Of a DNA stretch of 64,000 nt, positions 10,214 to 19,796 are shown piece by piece (the stretch's first letter is position 1; every line of letters begins with the position of its first letter). The stretch covers positions 13,203-77,202 of the forward strand of contig CAVWKV010000082.1 of assembly GCA_963755265.1 (NCBI GenBank), in the 5' to 3' direction. The DNA comes from an uncultured Methanomassiliicoccales archaeon. Its GTDB lineage: Archaea; Thermoplasmatota; Thermoplasmata; Methanomassiliicoccales; UBA472. A model generated the notes under the pieces. It saw only the letters and a list, made by a program, of their open reading frames with translations. It was not told the origin of the DNA and did not search any database. A program made the translations under genes and the position numbers.

Positions 10214-11046
10214 TGGTCTTCCCCCAGTTCCCTAAGGGCGCGACGCATCTCATCCGCCGTGGGTGATTTGCCATGGAATGCCAGGTTGTTCTCCATGAAG
10301 GAGACTCCTTTGCCTTTGATGGTGTGTGCGATGACGACGGTCGGACGGCCTTTTGTCTCCTTAGCCCGATTCGCCGCGTCAAGTATCTGCCTCATGTTGT
10401 GACCGTCGATTTCCAACACGTTCCATCCGAACGCCTTCCATTTATCCGCTAAAGGTTCCAGGGACATGATGCTCTCGGTGGGGCCGTCAATCTGGAGCTT
10501 GTTCCGGTCGATGAAAGCGAGGACGTTATCCAGTTTATAATGCGAGGCCAGCATGGCGGCCTCCCATACCTGTCCTTCGGCCATCTCTCCGTCACCGCAG
10601 ACGCAATAAACGCGATATGATTTCTTGTCTAGTTTGGCTGCCAGCGCCATCCCATTGGTCGCACTCAGGCCCTGGCCCAGCGAGCCGGTGGACATTTCCA
10701 CGCCAGGGGTCTTAGTCCTGCATGGGTGCCCCTGCAACCGGCACCCAATCTTGCGCAAAGTGGCCAGCTCCTCGACCGGGAAGTATCCACTCTCTGCCAA
10801 TGCCGCATAATAGATCGGCGCAGCATGACCTTTCGACAGTACGAAACGGTCCCGGTCCGGCCAGTCGAGCTCTTTGGACCGGTGGTTCATTATGTCGAAA
10901 AAAAGGGCGGTCACGATGTCAGCAGAGGACAATGATCCTCCGGGATGTCCAGAACCTGCTGCATGCGTCATTCGTATGACGTGGCGCCTGAGTAGATTGG
11001 CTTTTTTCTCTAGGTTAAGGATGGTATCGTCGTTGTACGAGGACAC
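10210..11046 (-). CDS. transketolase, N-terminal (TPP-binding) subunit
   Basis: AGSGHPGGSLSSADI and GDGEMAEGQVWEA motifs. I place the start at GTG 11046 (GAGGTG 7 nt upstream) rather than the track ATG at 11139. Confidence 0.9.
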   Translation of the reverse strand: MSSYNDDTILNLEKKANLLRRHVIRMTHAAGSGHPGGSLSSADIVTALFFDIMNHRSKELDWPDRDRFVLSKGHAAPIYYAALAESGYFPVEELATLRKIGCRLQGHPCRTKTPGVEMSTGSLGQGLSATNGMALAAKLDKKSYRVYCVCGDGEMAEGQVWEAAMLASHYKLDNVLAFIDRNKLQIDGPTESIMSLEPLADKWKAFGWNVLEIDGHNMRQILDAANRAKETKGRPTVVIAHTIKGKGVSFMENNLAFHGKSPTADEMRRALRELGEDQ

Positions 11047-11245
11047 GAAGAGCACCTCTAGGATAGGATGGGGATTGGTCAATGGCCCGGTTCTATTTAA
11101 TAACTTTTTGTGCGCACAGATTGTTGGTCGTATGAACATTCAGGTCGGTCATTTACACGGTCATCGCAGGATGCTGAGGCACGTGGTGTTCGTGCCGTCA
11201 ACTTACGTGCACTCCATTTAATACTGTATCATACCGATACTGACC

Positions 11246-12025
11246 TTGATGGCGTACTGTTATGATATTCCGTGCGGGGGCAATACGGTCCTTGAGCAGG
11301 TGGTCGAGCGGCTCAATAACGATGTCGAGGTTCGCACTCTGTGGAAAGCGTCCAATGTCACCGCCATCGACCGCATGGGTTATTCCGACCATGGACCGAC
11401 GCACATCAGGATCGTATCGAAGTTAGCGCTCAAAATGCTCCAGATCCTGGTGGAGAAAGGAATGAAACCCAACATCGTGAAGAACTATGGTCTGGGAATA
11501 TCCGACGCGGAGGTAGTCGTGGTGCTGGCCGCGTCGCTGCACGACATAGGCCATGCCATCCACCGGACAAATCACGAGGAGATGTCCCTCATACTGGCCC
11601 CACCCATCATCAAGCGGATGCTGGATGGTCTGTACGACGAAGCGGAGCGGACGATCATGATGGTCGAGACCATGCATGCCATGATATCACACCATGAGGA
11701 AATATTCCCACTAACGCTAGAGGCTGGTGTAGTGAGGGTTGCCGACGCACTGGACATGGAGAAGGGGCGAGCCAGGGTGCCGTTCCGCGCAGGAAGCGTC
11801 AATATCCATTCGGTCTCTGCATTGGCTATCGAGAAGGTCCGGGTTGTCGAGGGAAAGGACATCCCAATCCATGTGGACATCACGATGAACAACTCAGCTG
11901 GTATCTTCCAGATAGACGAGCTTCTACGAGAGAAGATAGAGAAATCGGGGATAAGGGACAAGATCGAAATATCGGTGCATGTCCCGAAGGAAGAGACCAG
12001 GATTGTGGAGAGTCTTAGGCTCTGA
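11246..12025 (+). CDS. HD-domain metal-dependent phosphohydrolase
   Basis: HGPTHIRIV...LHDIGHAIHR...RVADALD HD-domain residues. Confidence 0.75.
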   Translation: MMAYCYDIPCGGNTVLEQVVERLNNDVEVRTLWKASNVTAIDRMGYSDHGPTHIRIVSKLALKMLQILVEKGMKPNIVKNYGLGISDAEVVVVLAASLHDIGHAIHRTNHEEMSLILAPPIIKRMLDGLYDEAERTIMMVETMHAMISHHEEIFPLTLEAGVVRVADALDMEKGRARVPFRAGSVNIHSVSALAIEKVRVVEGKDIPIHVDITMNNSAGIFQIDELLREKIEKSGIRDKIEISVHVPKEETRIVESLRL

Positions 12026-12029
12026 CACT

Positions 12030-12767
12030 TTAGTCGTTCTCGATCCGTGGGGCCAATAGATACTTTACCTTGCCCTTTCCACCGGCGAAATCGAATTCTA
12101 TCTTGACTGGCAGGTCATTCCCCAAGTTGATTACGACAACCGTTCCGCTCGGTATTGCACGGACCATGTTGGCGAAGTAGTCCATCGGGAACAGGGACTT
12201 TATGCTCTCCTTGCAATCGAGCGAGACAAGCAGGTCCTTCGGTAGTTTGAGCGTCACAGAGTCGGTGTCGCCTTCGGACACCATCTCGAACTGTTCCGGG
12301 GTTGCAGTTAATGCGATGTGGTCAGAGATGCTCTCCGAGGCCTTGATGCCCCGCTGCAATTCCTCTACATTGACCGCGACCTTGGCCGCCAGGTTAAGGT
12401 TCGGAACCTTTGTGTCCGCCATTCCCTCGGTGGAAACCAGGCTCATGCGCCGGGTGACGTTCCCGACGGAAAGGATAAGCCTTCCACGCTCCTCATCATG
12501 CTTCATCTCGATGACATCGCCCGCCTTGGACAGGCGGATGACCTCCCGGAGCTTGTCGAGGTCGAGCCCAATCTCCGTCTCGTTGGCGGAGAACGACTCG
12601 AACGCGCCTTTGTCGATGACTAGATCGATCATGGCCACATGGGCCGGGTCGACCGCCTTCAAAGTCATCCCGTTGGCATCGATCTTGAACTTAGCTTCAT
12701 CGATGAGCGTTGAAACGACGTCCACGACGCCCTTGAGCGTCTCGGACTTTAGCTTGGCTTGGAACAT
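12030..12767 (-). CDS. pcn: DNA polymerase sliding clamp (PCNA)
   Basis: MFQAKLKSETLKGVVDVVSTLIDEAKFKIDANGMTLKAVDPAHVAMIDL is typical of archaeal PCNA. The second ATG (12767) is preceded by GGAAGGGAG; the track start is 12782. Confidence 0.9.
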   Translation of the reverse strand: MFQAKLKSETLKGVVDVVSTLIDEAKFKIDANGMTLKAVDPAHVAMIDLVIDKGAFESFSANETEIGLDLDKLREVIRLSKAGDVIEMKHDEERGRLILSVGNVTRRMSLVSTEGMADTKVPNLNLAAKVAVNVEELQRGIKASESISDHIALTATPEQFEMVSEGDTDSVTLKLPKDLLVSLDCKESIKSLFPMDYFANMVRAIPSGTVVVINLGNDLPVKIEFDFAGGKGKVKYLLAPRIEND

Positions 12768-13098
12768 CAGACTCCCTTCCATGCAGTAAACAGGTTTGGT
12801 TTAATAATCTTTTGCAGCAGGTAGCCAGCAGGTAATCTGATTGGTGTCACCATCCCATTTCAGGGATTGGTGTGGCCATGGCAATATCCGAACGTCGCCC
12901 CGATGTCGACGAACCTATTATGATTAGGGGACAAATCGTACCGAAAGAAACCCGTTAAGACCGGCGGAAAATATTGAACTTCAAGAATTGTGAAAGCTGA
13001 ATCCAAATGGTATCGGCAATGAATCTTGAATATGTCGATGGTCTTTCGATCACCGGCATCACCAGGCACCCCGACGATTCCTATGTGATGTACAAGAC

Positions 13099-13404
13099 TT
13101 AGCTATACTCGCGCCAGGAGGCACCGCATTCGCAGCAGCGGTAGATCTTTGTCTCAGGTTCATCTGCCGCCCTGGTCTGCCTTAGCACCCAGAATGCTTC
13201 GTTGTGCTTGCATTTGGGACACTCGACCTTGGCCTTTGGCAGCATTGGTGCCGAGTTCTCGACTACCATCTGTTCCCTCTCCTTGCCCCTGATGACGCAT
13301 GTGTCAGCCTTGTTGGAAGTCACATCGTACTCTTTCTGGCATCTGTTGCACCAGATCTTGCCGTTCTTCGGCAATGCAAGGGCTTTACACGTTGGACAGA
13401 ACAT
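13099..13404 (-). CDS. tfs: transcription factor S (TFS / RpoM-like)
   Basis: N-terminal CPTC...CNRC ribbon and C-terminal TFIIS-type ribbon CPKC...QTRAADEP...CCEC. Confidence 0.9.
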   Translation of the reverse strand: MFCPTCKALALPKNGKIWCNRCQKEYDVTSNKADTCVIRGKEREQMVVENSAPMLPKAKVECPKCKHNEAFWVLRQTRAADEPETKIYRCCECGASWREYS

Positions 13405-13487
13405 TTAGATCTCGCCAACTCGCAGGAAAATTACCTCGATATATATATTCTTCTTCTCCACTGCTGTTCCAATGCGATAAAAGTGGA

Positions 13488-14471
13488 TCAGACGAAGCGG
13501 AAGTCGTCTGATTCCGATTTATTGCTAGCGTCCAGCTTCTTATGCTGGGTATGTACGCTCCTGGTTGGAGAGTCATGTTTGGCCTTGTCGAGATTGCGCT
13601 CGAACTCCTTCTGACGGCGCTTCCTGATGGGCTCTTCGTTGTCCTCTTCTTCCATTGCCTTCTCCATGGTCCTGGAATGTGCTGGCGGGTGAGGGAAAAT
13701 GCGATTGTCCGCAGAAGTCTCTTTCATGTCATTGAAATGGATGGATGGGGCTCTACGTGGCCCATCTTCCTCTTCTTCAGTGTCAACGGCTTTGGCTTTT
13801 GCGTCATGTTTTCCGAAGATCCAAAGGCCTTTCTTTCCTTTGGATTTAGGGTCTCCCACATGTACATGCATTCCGTGGTCCCCTCCGTGCTTGACTAAAT
13901 ATTCCATCTCTCGCAACGACTGTAAGGCCATGGCCCCTCCGACATAGGCGAAGGCGATCCCGAGGATATAGAAGTCTAGGCGGATGCCGGCGGTGCCCTG
14001 AATCGTCGCGATGAACGATTCCAGATAGCCAGTGGTAAAATTCACGAACGGACCGAAGACCGGCGCAGCAGATGCCAGCGCACCAAAGATGGCGTCAGGG
14101 GCAAGGTCCACTCCGAACCAGACGGTGGGGATAATCTTAATAGTCACAAGCGTGGCCACGAAGAACACGACGGCCAGAGGTATGCTGACCGCGAAGACAC
14201 CTTTCAACGGGGTTCCGGCCCGTCGGCCAGCCACATATCCGGCTATCATGGGCCCGAATATGGGGATCCACCATAGTAAAAACATCAGCACGCTGCCATA
14301 CTTCACCGCCGACCAGTAGCTGAAAGGGTCGTCCGATGACGAAAATAACCAGGACCGCCGTGTTTTCTCCTTCTCTTCGCTCTCATCTGAGAGTCGGTAT
14401 ACTCCGCTCTTCATGAGCGATTTAGTAGCCTGGTCTTTCGTGTTCGTACGTCGCCTGAAATGCAATTCCAT
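13488..14471 (-). CDS. membrane protein, unknown function
   Basis: 327-aa ORF with central hydrophobic helices and a charged, low-complexity C-terminus. Confidence 0.5.
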   Translation of the reverse strand: MELHFRRRTNTKDQATKSLMKSGVYRLSDESEEKEKTRRSWLFSSSDDPFSYWSAVKYGSVLMFLLWWIPIFGPMIAGYVAGRRAGTPLKGVFAVSIPLAVVFFVATLVTIKIIPTVWFGVDLAPDAIFGALASAAPVFGPFVNFTTGYLESFIATIQGTAGIRLDFYILGIAFAYVGGAMALQSLREMEYLVKHGGDHGMHVHVGDPKSKGKKGLWIFGKHDAKAKAVDTEEEEDGPRRAPSIHFNDMKETSADNRIFPHPPAHSRTMEKAMEEEDNEEPIRKRRQKEFERNLDKAKHDSPTRSVHTQHKKLDASNKSESDDFRFV

Positions 14472-14552
14472 CCCCCCTTAGTCTGACGTGTGTCAGACAA
14501 ATGAAAATCAGCAGGTCAATATAAAGAATTTGGGGTTCAATGCCCTCAGCCG

Positions 14553-14906
14553 TCACTTTGGCATGTAGCACATCAGATTGTACTCTCGCAGTGCTTCCCT
14601 AGTCCCTTCTGGTGTGATCGATTTAGGGCGGGTCTGGTGTTTGAGCATCTCGTCAAACGGATAGTTGATGTATGCGCTCAGGCGCTTGAGCCTATCGGTG
14701 GGGAACGCCTGCCTCCCTAGAAGTATCTGGACTACGCTCCATCCGGGATGGACTCGGGAGCGATACCCCATCTGGCGGCCCAGTTCGTTAAGGGAACCGG
14801 CCTTTTCGATCCCGATTGCTATGATCCTGACCCTGAATCCGGAGGTCAGCCATATCTTTTCTAACTCCTTGGGTTGACGGAACCCGGGAAATGCAAAGTC
14901 TGACAT
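14553..14906 (-). CDS. hypothetical protein (possible HTH)
   Basis: The ORF is open to 14990, but ATG 14906 (MSDFAFPG) avoids overlap with the divergent gene. No firm motif. Confidence 0.35.
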   Translation of the reverse strand: MSDFAFPGFRQPKELEKIWLTSGFRVRIIAIGIEKAGSLNELGRQMGYRSRVHPGWSVVQILLGRQAFPTDRLKRLSAYINYPFDEMLKHQTRPKSITPEGTREALREYNLMCYMPK

Positions 14907-15069
14907 GGCAACGCTGACATGCATATGCGGGTTAGATAAACCTTCCCAGAGAATTGGCCGAAAAATCAACATGAATCTGATAGCCAGCATGTTAGGTGAT
15001 ATCAGAATCGGGACGGGGGTGACACCTCAACATATTTATATCGTACCACGTCTAGCCTGGTCGAAATCA

Positions 15070-15486
15070 ATGGGAGTGTTCCGGACAGTCTTGAACATTG
15101 TTACGAAGGAGGAAGGCGATATCATCGACCTGACCGGGAAGGTCAGCGAGACGGTGAAGGATTCCGGCTTGAAGGCTGGCATCGCCTGCGTCTTCGTGCC
15201 CCATACCACCGCGGCCGTTTTCGTGATCGAGAACGAGTCGGGCCTGCGATCTGACCTTGTCGGGAGCATGGAAAAGGTTTTCCCCAAGGGGTTCAAGTAT
15301 GCTCATAACGCTGGCGGGGACGGTAATGGCCACTCGCACATCAGGGCCTCGGTCCTCGGGCAGTCAGTCAGCGTCCCGTTCAACGACGCATTACTTGACA
15401 TCGGTACCTGGCAGAGAATTGTACTCATGGAACTGGACAACGAAGGAAGACCAAGAAAGCTGATAATCCAGTTGGTAGGGGAATGA
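15070..15486 (+). CDS. YjbQ/UPF0047 family (secondary thiamine-phosphate synthase) protein
   Basis: VPHTTAAVFVIENE and GHSHIRASVLGQS...GTWQRIVLMELD motifs. Start moved to the internal ATG at 15070. Confidence 0.85.
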   Translation: MGVFRTVLNIVTKEEGDIIDLTGKVSETVKDSGLKAGIACVFVPHTTAAVFVIENESGLRSDLVGSMEKVFPKGFKYAHNAGGDGNGHSHIRASVLGQSVSVPFNDALLDIGTWQRIVLMELDNEGRPRKLIIQLVGE

Positions 15487-15556
15487 CACTCACAGTCCTA
15501 GCATTAACAACCATCAACATCAAGCAAGAGACGAAAAGGCAAAGAGGTAGAAAATA

Positions 15557-16810
15557 ATGAAATTAAAATTCCTAGGTGGCGCAGATGTAGTTGGCAGGCT
15601 CGGAATGCTGCTCAACAACAAGGGCGCTAATCTGTTGTTCGAATATGGCATGAAACCGATTAAACCACCAGAGTATCCGATCCCGGCCCCTCCACTGGAG
15701 ACCGCGTTCCTTACTCACTGCCACATCGACCATTCTGGCATGATCCCCTGGCTGTGCGGTAAATATGGCACTAAGGTGCACACTACCCCGTCAACGATCA
15801 GCGTTTGCGAACTGCTGATGAACGACACACTCAAGGTGGCGGATTCGGAGGGATACCCCCGGCCGTTCAACGAGAGCGACATCAAGTCCGCCATGCGGTG
15901 CTTCCGTCCAATGAAGTATGGGGACGTTCTGGATGTCGCGGGGTTCGAGGTGGAGTCGCATTCTGCTGGTCATGTGCCGGGCGCGGCCATGTACGAACTG
16001 CGAGGGGACAACACCACCGTCTTCACTGGTGACCTGCACACCTATAATACGAACCTAACTTGGGGTGCTCACCCGGTGAAATGCGATAACCTGATCATAG
16101 AAGCGACCTATGCTGGACGCCTTCACCCGGACCGAAAGAGAGAGGAGCAGAAGCTCATCGAGCGGGTCAGGGAGACGGTCGAAGGCGGCGGCAAGGCCAT
16201 CATACCATGCTTCGCCGTCGGACGTACCCAAGAAGTGATGCTAATCCTCAAGGACCTGAAGTATGACATGTGGGTCGATGGTATGGGCAAGACCGTCAAC
16301 CGCCTATACCTAGAACAGCCGGAATACATACGTTCTGAACGCGACCTGAGGCAAGCCAAGAGGCGCTTCAACGAGGTGCGAGGCGCAGCGGCCAGGGAAA
16401 AGGCAATGGAGGGCGAAGTCATCGTCACGACCGGTGGTATGCTAGATGGCGGCCCGGTCATCAGATACATACAGCAAGAGAGAGACAATCCTAAGAGCTC
16501 GGTTTTAATGACCGGATTCCAGGTGGACGGTTCCAACGGTCGCCGGCTGATCGATAGCGGCGCCATCGACCTTAGGCAGCCAGGTTCCGCGCCTGAGGAA
16601 GTGCCGACCTCGATGCGCGTTGCCTGTCAGGTGCAGCAATTCGATCTATCGGCCCACGCCGATCATAACGAACTGCTGAAGTTCATCCGCGCCTGCGACC
16701 CAGAGCACGTCGTGCTGATGCACTCCGATAATCGTCAGGCCTTAGCCAAAGACCTGAAGGACGAGTTCAAGGTGCATCTGCCGATGCCTGGAGAGGAGTT
16801 CGAACTCTAA
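15557..16810 (+). CDS. beta-CASP / MBL-fold ribonuclease (aCPSF2-like)
   Basis: THCHIDHSG MBL motif, IIEATYAG, CFAVGRTQE and SAHADHNEL beta-CASP motifs. Confidence 0.85.
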   Translation: MKLKFLGGADVVGRLGMLLNNKGANLLFEYGMKPIKPPEYPIPAPPLETAFLTHCHIDHSGMIPWLCGKYGTKVHTTPSTISVCELLMNDTLKVADSEGYPRPFNESDIKSAMRCFRPMKYGDVLDVAGFEVESHSAGHVPGAAMYELRGDNTTVFTGDLHTYNTNLTWGAHPVKCDNLIIEATYAGRLHPDRKREEQKLIERVRETVEGGGKAIIPCFAVGRTQEVMLILKDLKYDMWVDGMGKTVNRLYLEQPEYIRSERDLRQAKRRFNEVRGAAAREKAMEGEVIVTTGGMLDGGPVIRYIQQERDNPKSSVLMTGFQVDGSNGRRLIDSGAIDLRQPGSAPEEVPTSMRVACQVQQFDLSAHADHNELLKFIRACDPEHVVLMHSDNRQALAKDLKDEFKVHLPMPGEEFEL

Positions 16811-16844
16811 ACCGGCAGCTATTTCCATCGGAGGTGCAGTAGTT

Positions 16845-17675
16845 ATGGTCATGCGCATGGAGGACCTGCTTGCCGAGGACGAGGGTTACGGGGACATAAC
16901 CTCGGACCTGCTCATCGGGAATGAGGGCGGGGAGGCGGAGATCGTCTCCAACGATGACTGTGTCGTCGCTGGCCTGGCAGAAGCCCTAGAACTATTCCAT
17001 GGGCTGTCCCTGGACGCCCGGGCCCAGGTAGAAGAGGGTTGCCAGATCAAGAAGGGCACCGTCGTCATGACGATAAAGGGTCCCCTAAAGGCCATTCTTT
17101 TAGGGGAACGACTTGCCCTCAACTTCATCATGCGCATGTCCGGCATCGCTACCGTCACATCGAACATCCTCTGGGAGTGTCGCCGTATGAACAAGAACGT
17201 ACGGATCGCGGCGACCAGGAAGACCACTCCCGGATTCCGTTCCTACGAGAAGAAGGCGGTGACCTTGGGCGGGGGCGACCCACATCGCAACCGTTTGGAC
17301 GACATGATATTGATCAAGGACAATCACTTGGTCATCGTCGGATCGGTGACCGAGGCGGTGAAGAAGGCCAAGGCCTACTCGTTCACCAAGAAGGTAGAGA
17401 TTGAGGTCGTGGTCCTTGATCAGGCCAAGGAAGCGGCCAAGGCTGGAGCGGACATCGTCATGCTTGACAATATGTCCCCCAAAGATGCCGAGGAAAGCTA
17501 CAAGGCGATCAAGGAGATCGATCCCCGGATAATCGTCGAGGTCTCCGGAGGCATAACACCTCACAACGCTGCCGAGTACGCCAAGAACGCGGACGTCATC
17601 TCCCTTGGTTGGATCACACATTCGGCGAAAGCGATCCAGTTCTCGCTCAATGTCACCAAGGTCTACCGGTACTGA
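16845..17675 (+). CDS. nadC: nicotinate-nucleotide pyrophosphorylase (quinolinate phosphoribosyltransferase)
   Basis: ERLALNFIMRMSGIAT, TRKTTPGFR, GGGDPHRNRLDDMILIKDNH and MLDNM blocks. Confidence 0.9.
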   Translation: MVMRMEDLLAEDEGYGDITSDLLIGNEGGEAEIVSNDDCVVAGLAEALELFHGLSLDARAQVEEGCQIKKGTVVMTIKGPLKAILLGERLALNFIMRMSGIATVTSNILWECRRMNKNVRIAATRKTTPGFRSYEKKAVTLGGGDPHRNRLDDMILIKDNHLVIVGSVTEAVKKAKAYSFTKKVEIEVVVLDQAKEAAKAGADIVMLDNMSPKDAEESYKAIKEIDPRIIVEVSGGITPHNAAEYAKNADVISLGWITHSAKAIQFSLNVTKVYRY

Positions 17676-18503
17676 TCAAGGCAGCTTGGTCTTATGATAT
17701 TTCAGGCCAATCTGCTCCTGCGATGCTCCGAAGGCCAAGGCCAGCAATTCTGATAGGTAGAGGACCGGAAGACCCTCATTCTGACGCATATCGAACTGAA
17801 CGAAGCAGAATGGGCATGGGGTGAGGATACAGTTGGCGCCGCTCATGCGGAATGTGGACGTGGCGTCCTCCAACATTCTTGTCGAGACCATTTCGTCTAC
17901 ACCGGCGATGCCACCGCCACAGCATTTCGGCCACTTCTCGCCGACGACTGCCTCAGAACCGCACCAGGAGGCTATCTCATCCAGAACCTTTGGGGCGAAG
18001 CTGTCGTCGACCTTGAGCTTCGCGGACGGCCTGACCATATGGCAACCTGGATGGGTGGCGAACCTGAGCCGGTCCTGAGGCAAGGTGGTCAGTGACCTGA
18101 TCTTTTCTTCTCCCGCCTCCTTAATGATCTCCGCGAAATGCTTCACCTTGACGTGTCCGCCGTAATGAAGTCCCATATCCCCGAGGAAAGTGTTCACTTC
18201 GGCCCTGGTCGACGTATCCTCCAGTGCCTGTCTTGACTCTTCCAAGGAGAGATAACAGCCATTGCACAACGAGAGGATGTCACGTCCGCTTCGTTCCGCC
18301 ATTGCCAGCATCCTTGCCGTCGCCATCAGCCACGTGTCCTTCGCCAGCGAACGCAGGCCAATCGGTTCCACGCAGCAAGTAGCCCCCGCCATATTCTCAT
18401 AATCGACTTTTAGCTTGTCCAGGACATAAAGTGAGGATCGTTCTAGGAACGGCAGCCTGGTCGGGATCAGGCAACCCAGGAATAGGAAATACTTGTCATT
18501 CAA
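17676..18503 (-). CDS. hdrB: heterodisulfide reductase subunit B
   Basis: YFLFLGCLIPTRLPFLE...ATCCVEPIG...LCNGCYLSL and a second CCG-domain (KCCGGG). Confidence 0.85.
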   Translation of the reverse strand: MNDKYFLFLGCLIPTRLPFLERSSLYVLDKLKVDYENMAGATCCVEPIGLRSLAKDTWLMATARMLAMAERSGRDILSLCNGCYLSLEESRQALEDTSTRAEVNTFLGDMGLHYGGHVKVKHFAEIIKEAGEEKIRSLTTLPQDRLRFATHPGCHMVRPSAKLKVDDSFAPKVLDEIASWCGSEAVVGEKWPKCCGGGIAGVDEMVSTRMLEDATSTFRMSGANCILTPCPFCFVQFDMRQNEGLPVLYLSELLALAFGASQEQIGLKYHKTKLP

Positions 18504-18975
18504 GCTTGAGGCCCCCTAACCGTGTCCTTCTTACGATCAACGTCAGCTGTTCCATAGTTTCGACCGGAACGGTCAGATCGCCTAATCCCAAATCCTTGCG
18601 CAGCTTTTTTGTCATACCCGTGTTCGGGAAGGACAACCCAGAACGGATGAACAACTTAGCCTCATCGGAGAAGTGCTTTGGTATGTTGCCTCGGGCCGCC
18701 GCCGCCTCTCGTAACAGCGCGATCGTCTCCGCCGGATCTACTCCCATCTGACATCTCTCCGTACAGGAATTGCAGGCGGCGCACAGCCAAAGAGAGCGGT
18801 CACCCAGGTCCAATGTTCCTTGGCTGGCACGGGTCAGGATATCGATAGGACGTATCCCCCCAGCCTTCTCCGAAGGACAGATCCCGGAGCATAGTCCGCA
18901 TTGCTGACACTTCCAGAGCGGCCTTTCGGCAAGTACACTATCAAGATCGGCGGTACCGGCACGGGAGGTTTTCAC
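18496..18975 (-). CDS. hdrC: heterodisulfide reductase subunit C
   Basis: Two ferredoxin-like Cys clusters, CQQCGLCSGICP and CAACNSCTERCQ. Overlaps hdrB by 8 nt. Confidence 0.85.
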   Translation of the reverse strand: MKTSRAGTADLDSVLAERPLWKCQQCGLCSGICPSEKAGGIRPIDILTRASQGTLDLGDRSLWLCAACNSCTERCQMGVDPAETIALLREAAAARGNIPKHFSDEAKLFIRSGLSFPNTGMTKKLRKDLGLGDLTVPVETMEQLTLIVRRTRLGGLKLE

Positions 18976-19037
18976 GTTCCGAGCATCGGCGCCTCTGAAT
19001 TTTACTCTTTGCTTCGACCCGATACGGATCCGGCGGT

Positions 19038-19510
19038 TCAGAAATCCTTCTTGAACCTAGCCAGGTCGTTTCGCATGCTGGCCTCGTTATACTTCTTGGC
19101 CAGGCGGTAGGCGTCGAACATGCTGAACACCCATATTCCAACGCTGGCCAGGGATACGACGATGAATGACGGGCTCGAAATCAGGTTGTTAAGGGCGTTG
19201 ATGTCGGTATAGTCGACATTCATTGTCAGCGCTAAAGAGGCCGCGGACAATCCGAAGTATAAAACAAGGTACACGACGCCGCGCAGGATCTTGTTGACGT
19301 AAAGCTGTCCGAGCCCGGGTATGAACAGTGATAGTATGAGGGCAATGACGCCACTCTTTGGGGATATGCTGGCGGTCCGTACGGTTGAGGTCCATACTGG
19401 TTCGGGGCATTGGGTTGGTATGGTTGTTGGTTAAATGAGAATCCACATGCTGGACAGAACTGCATAGTATTATCAGTTACAGTCTTTCCGCAATTGGGGC
19501 AAACCATCAT
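19038..19510 (-). pseudogene. zinc-ribbon / TM-domain membrane protein interrupted by a 1-nt frameshift
   Basis: The N-terminal frame gives MMVCPNCGK...CPACG plus a Pro/Gln-rich linker. The conserved continuation KSGVIALILSLFIPGLGQLYVNKILRG...AYRLAKKYN is in the -1 frame. The switch is at the C4/A3 run (plus-strand gggg at 19360-19363). Confidence 0.7.
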
Positions 19511-19610
19511 AATATCACTAAGGGAATCTCATATGCCATTAATAATCAATTCCGGTGCATTCCCTCATCGAACGCAAGAATCATATCTTTCGGAGATGCT
19601 GGGAGGGGCG

Positions 19611-19796
19611 ATGGACATCGAGAAAGAGAAATGCCAGGTATGTGGCGGGCAGGCAACGCAATTCGTTTTCGCCGCCTTCGTGTGCAACAAAGAGGACTGC
19701 GTGGAGAAGGCCAGGCTGGAGCGGGGTGGCCCCGGCGGACATATGAAGAACAAACATTCAGCTCCGATTATTCAGATCGAAGACGAGAGGAATTAG
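19611..19796 (+). CDS. small Cys-containing hypothetical protein
   Basis: 61-aa ORF MDIEKEKCQVCGG...CNKEDC, with GGGAGGGG just upstream of ATG 19611. TAG stop. No family recognised. Confidence 0.3.
   Translation: MDIEKEKCQVCGGQATQFVFAAFVCNKEDCVEKARLERGGPGGHMKNKHSAPIIQIEDERN

Noticed and set aside
12783-13098. Possible C/D-box sRNA or other ncRNA in the 316-nt PCNA-TFS spacer (ATGATTA ... CTGA); also ORF 12860-13069
   Set aside because: The box candidates are about 80 nt apart with no D'/C' pair or terminal stem. The ORF has no motif or ribosome-binding context. The spacer is probably just the pcn promoter region.
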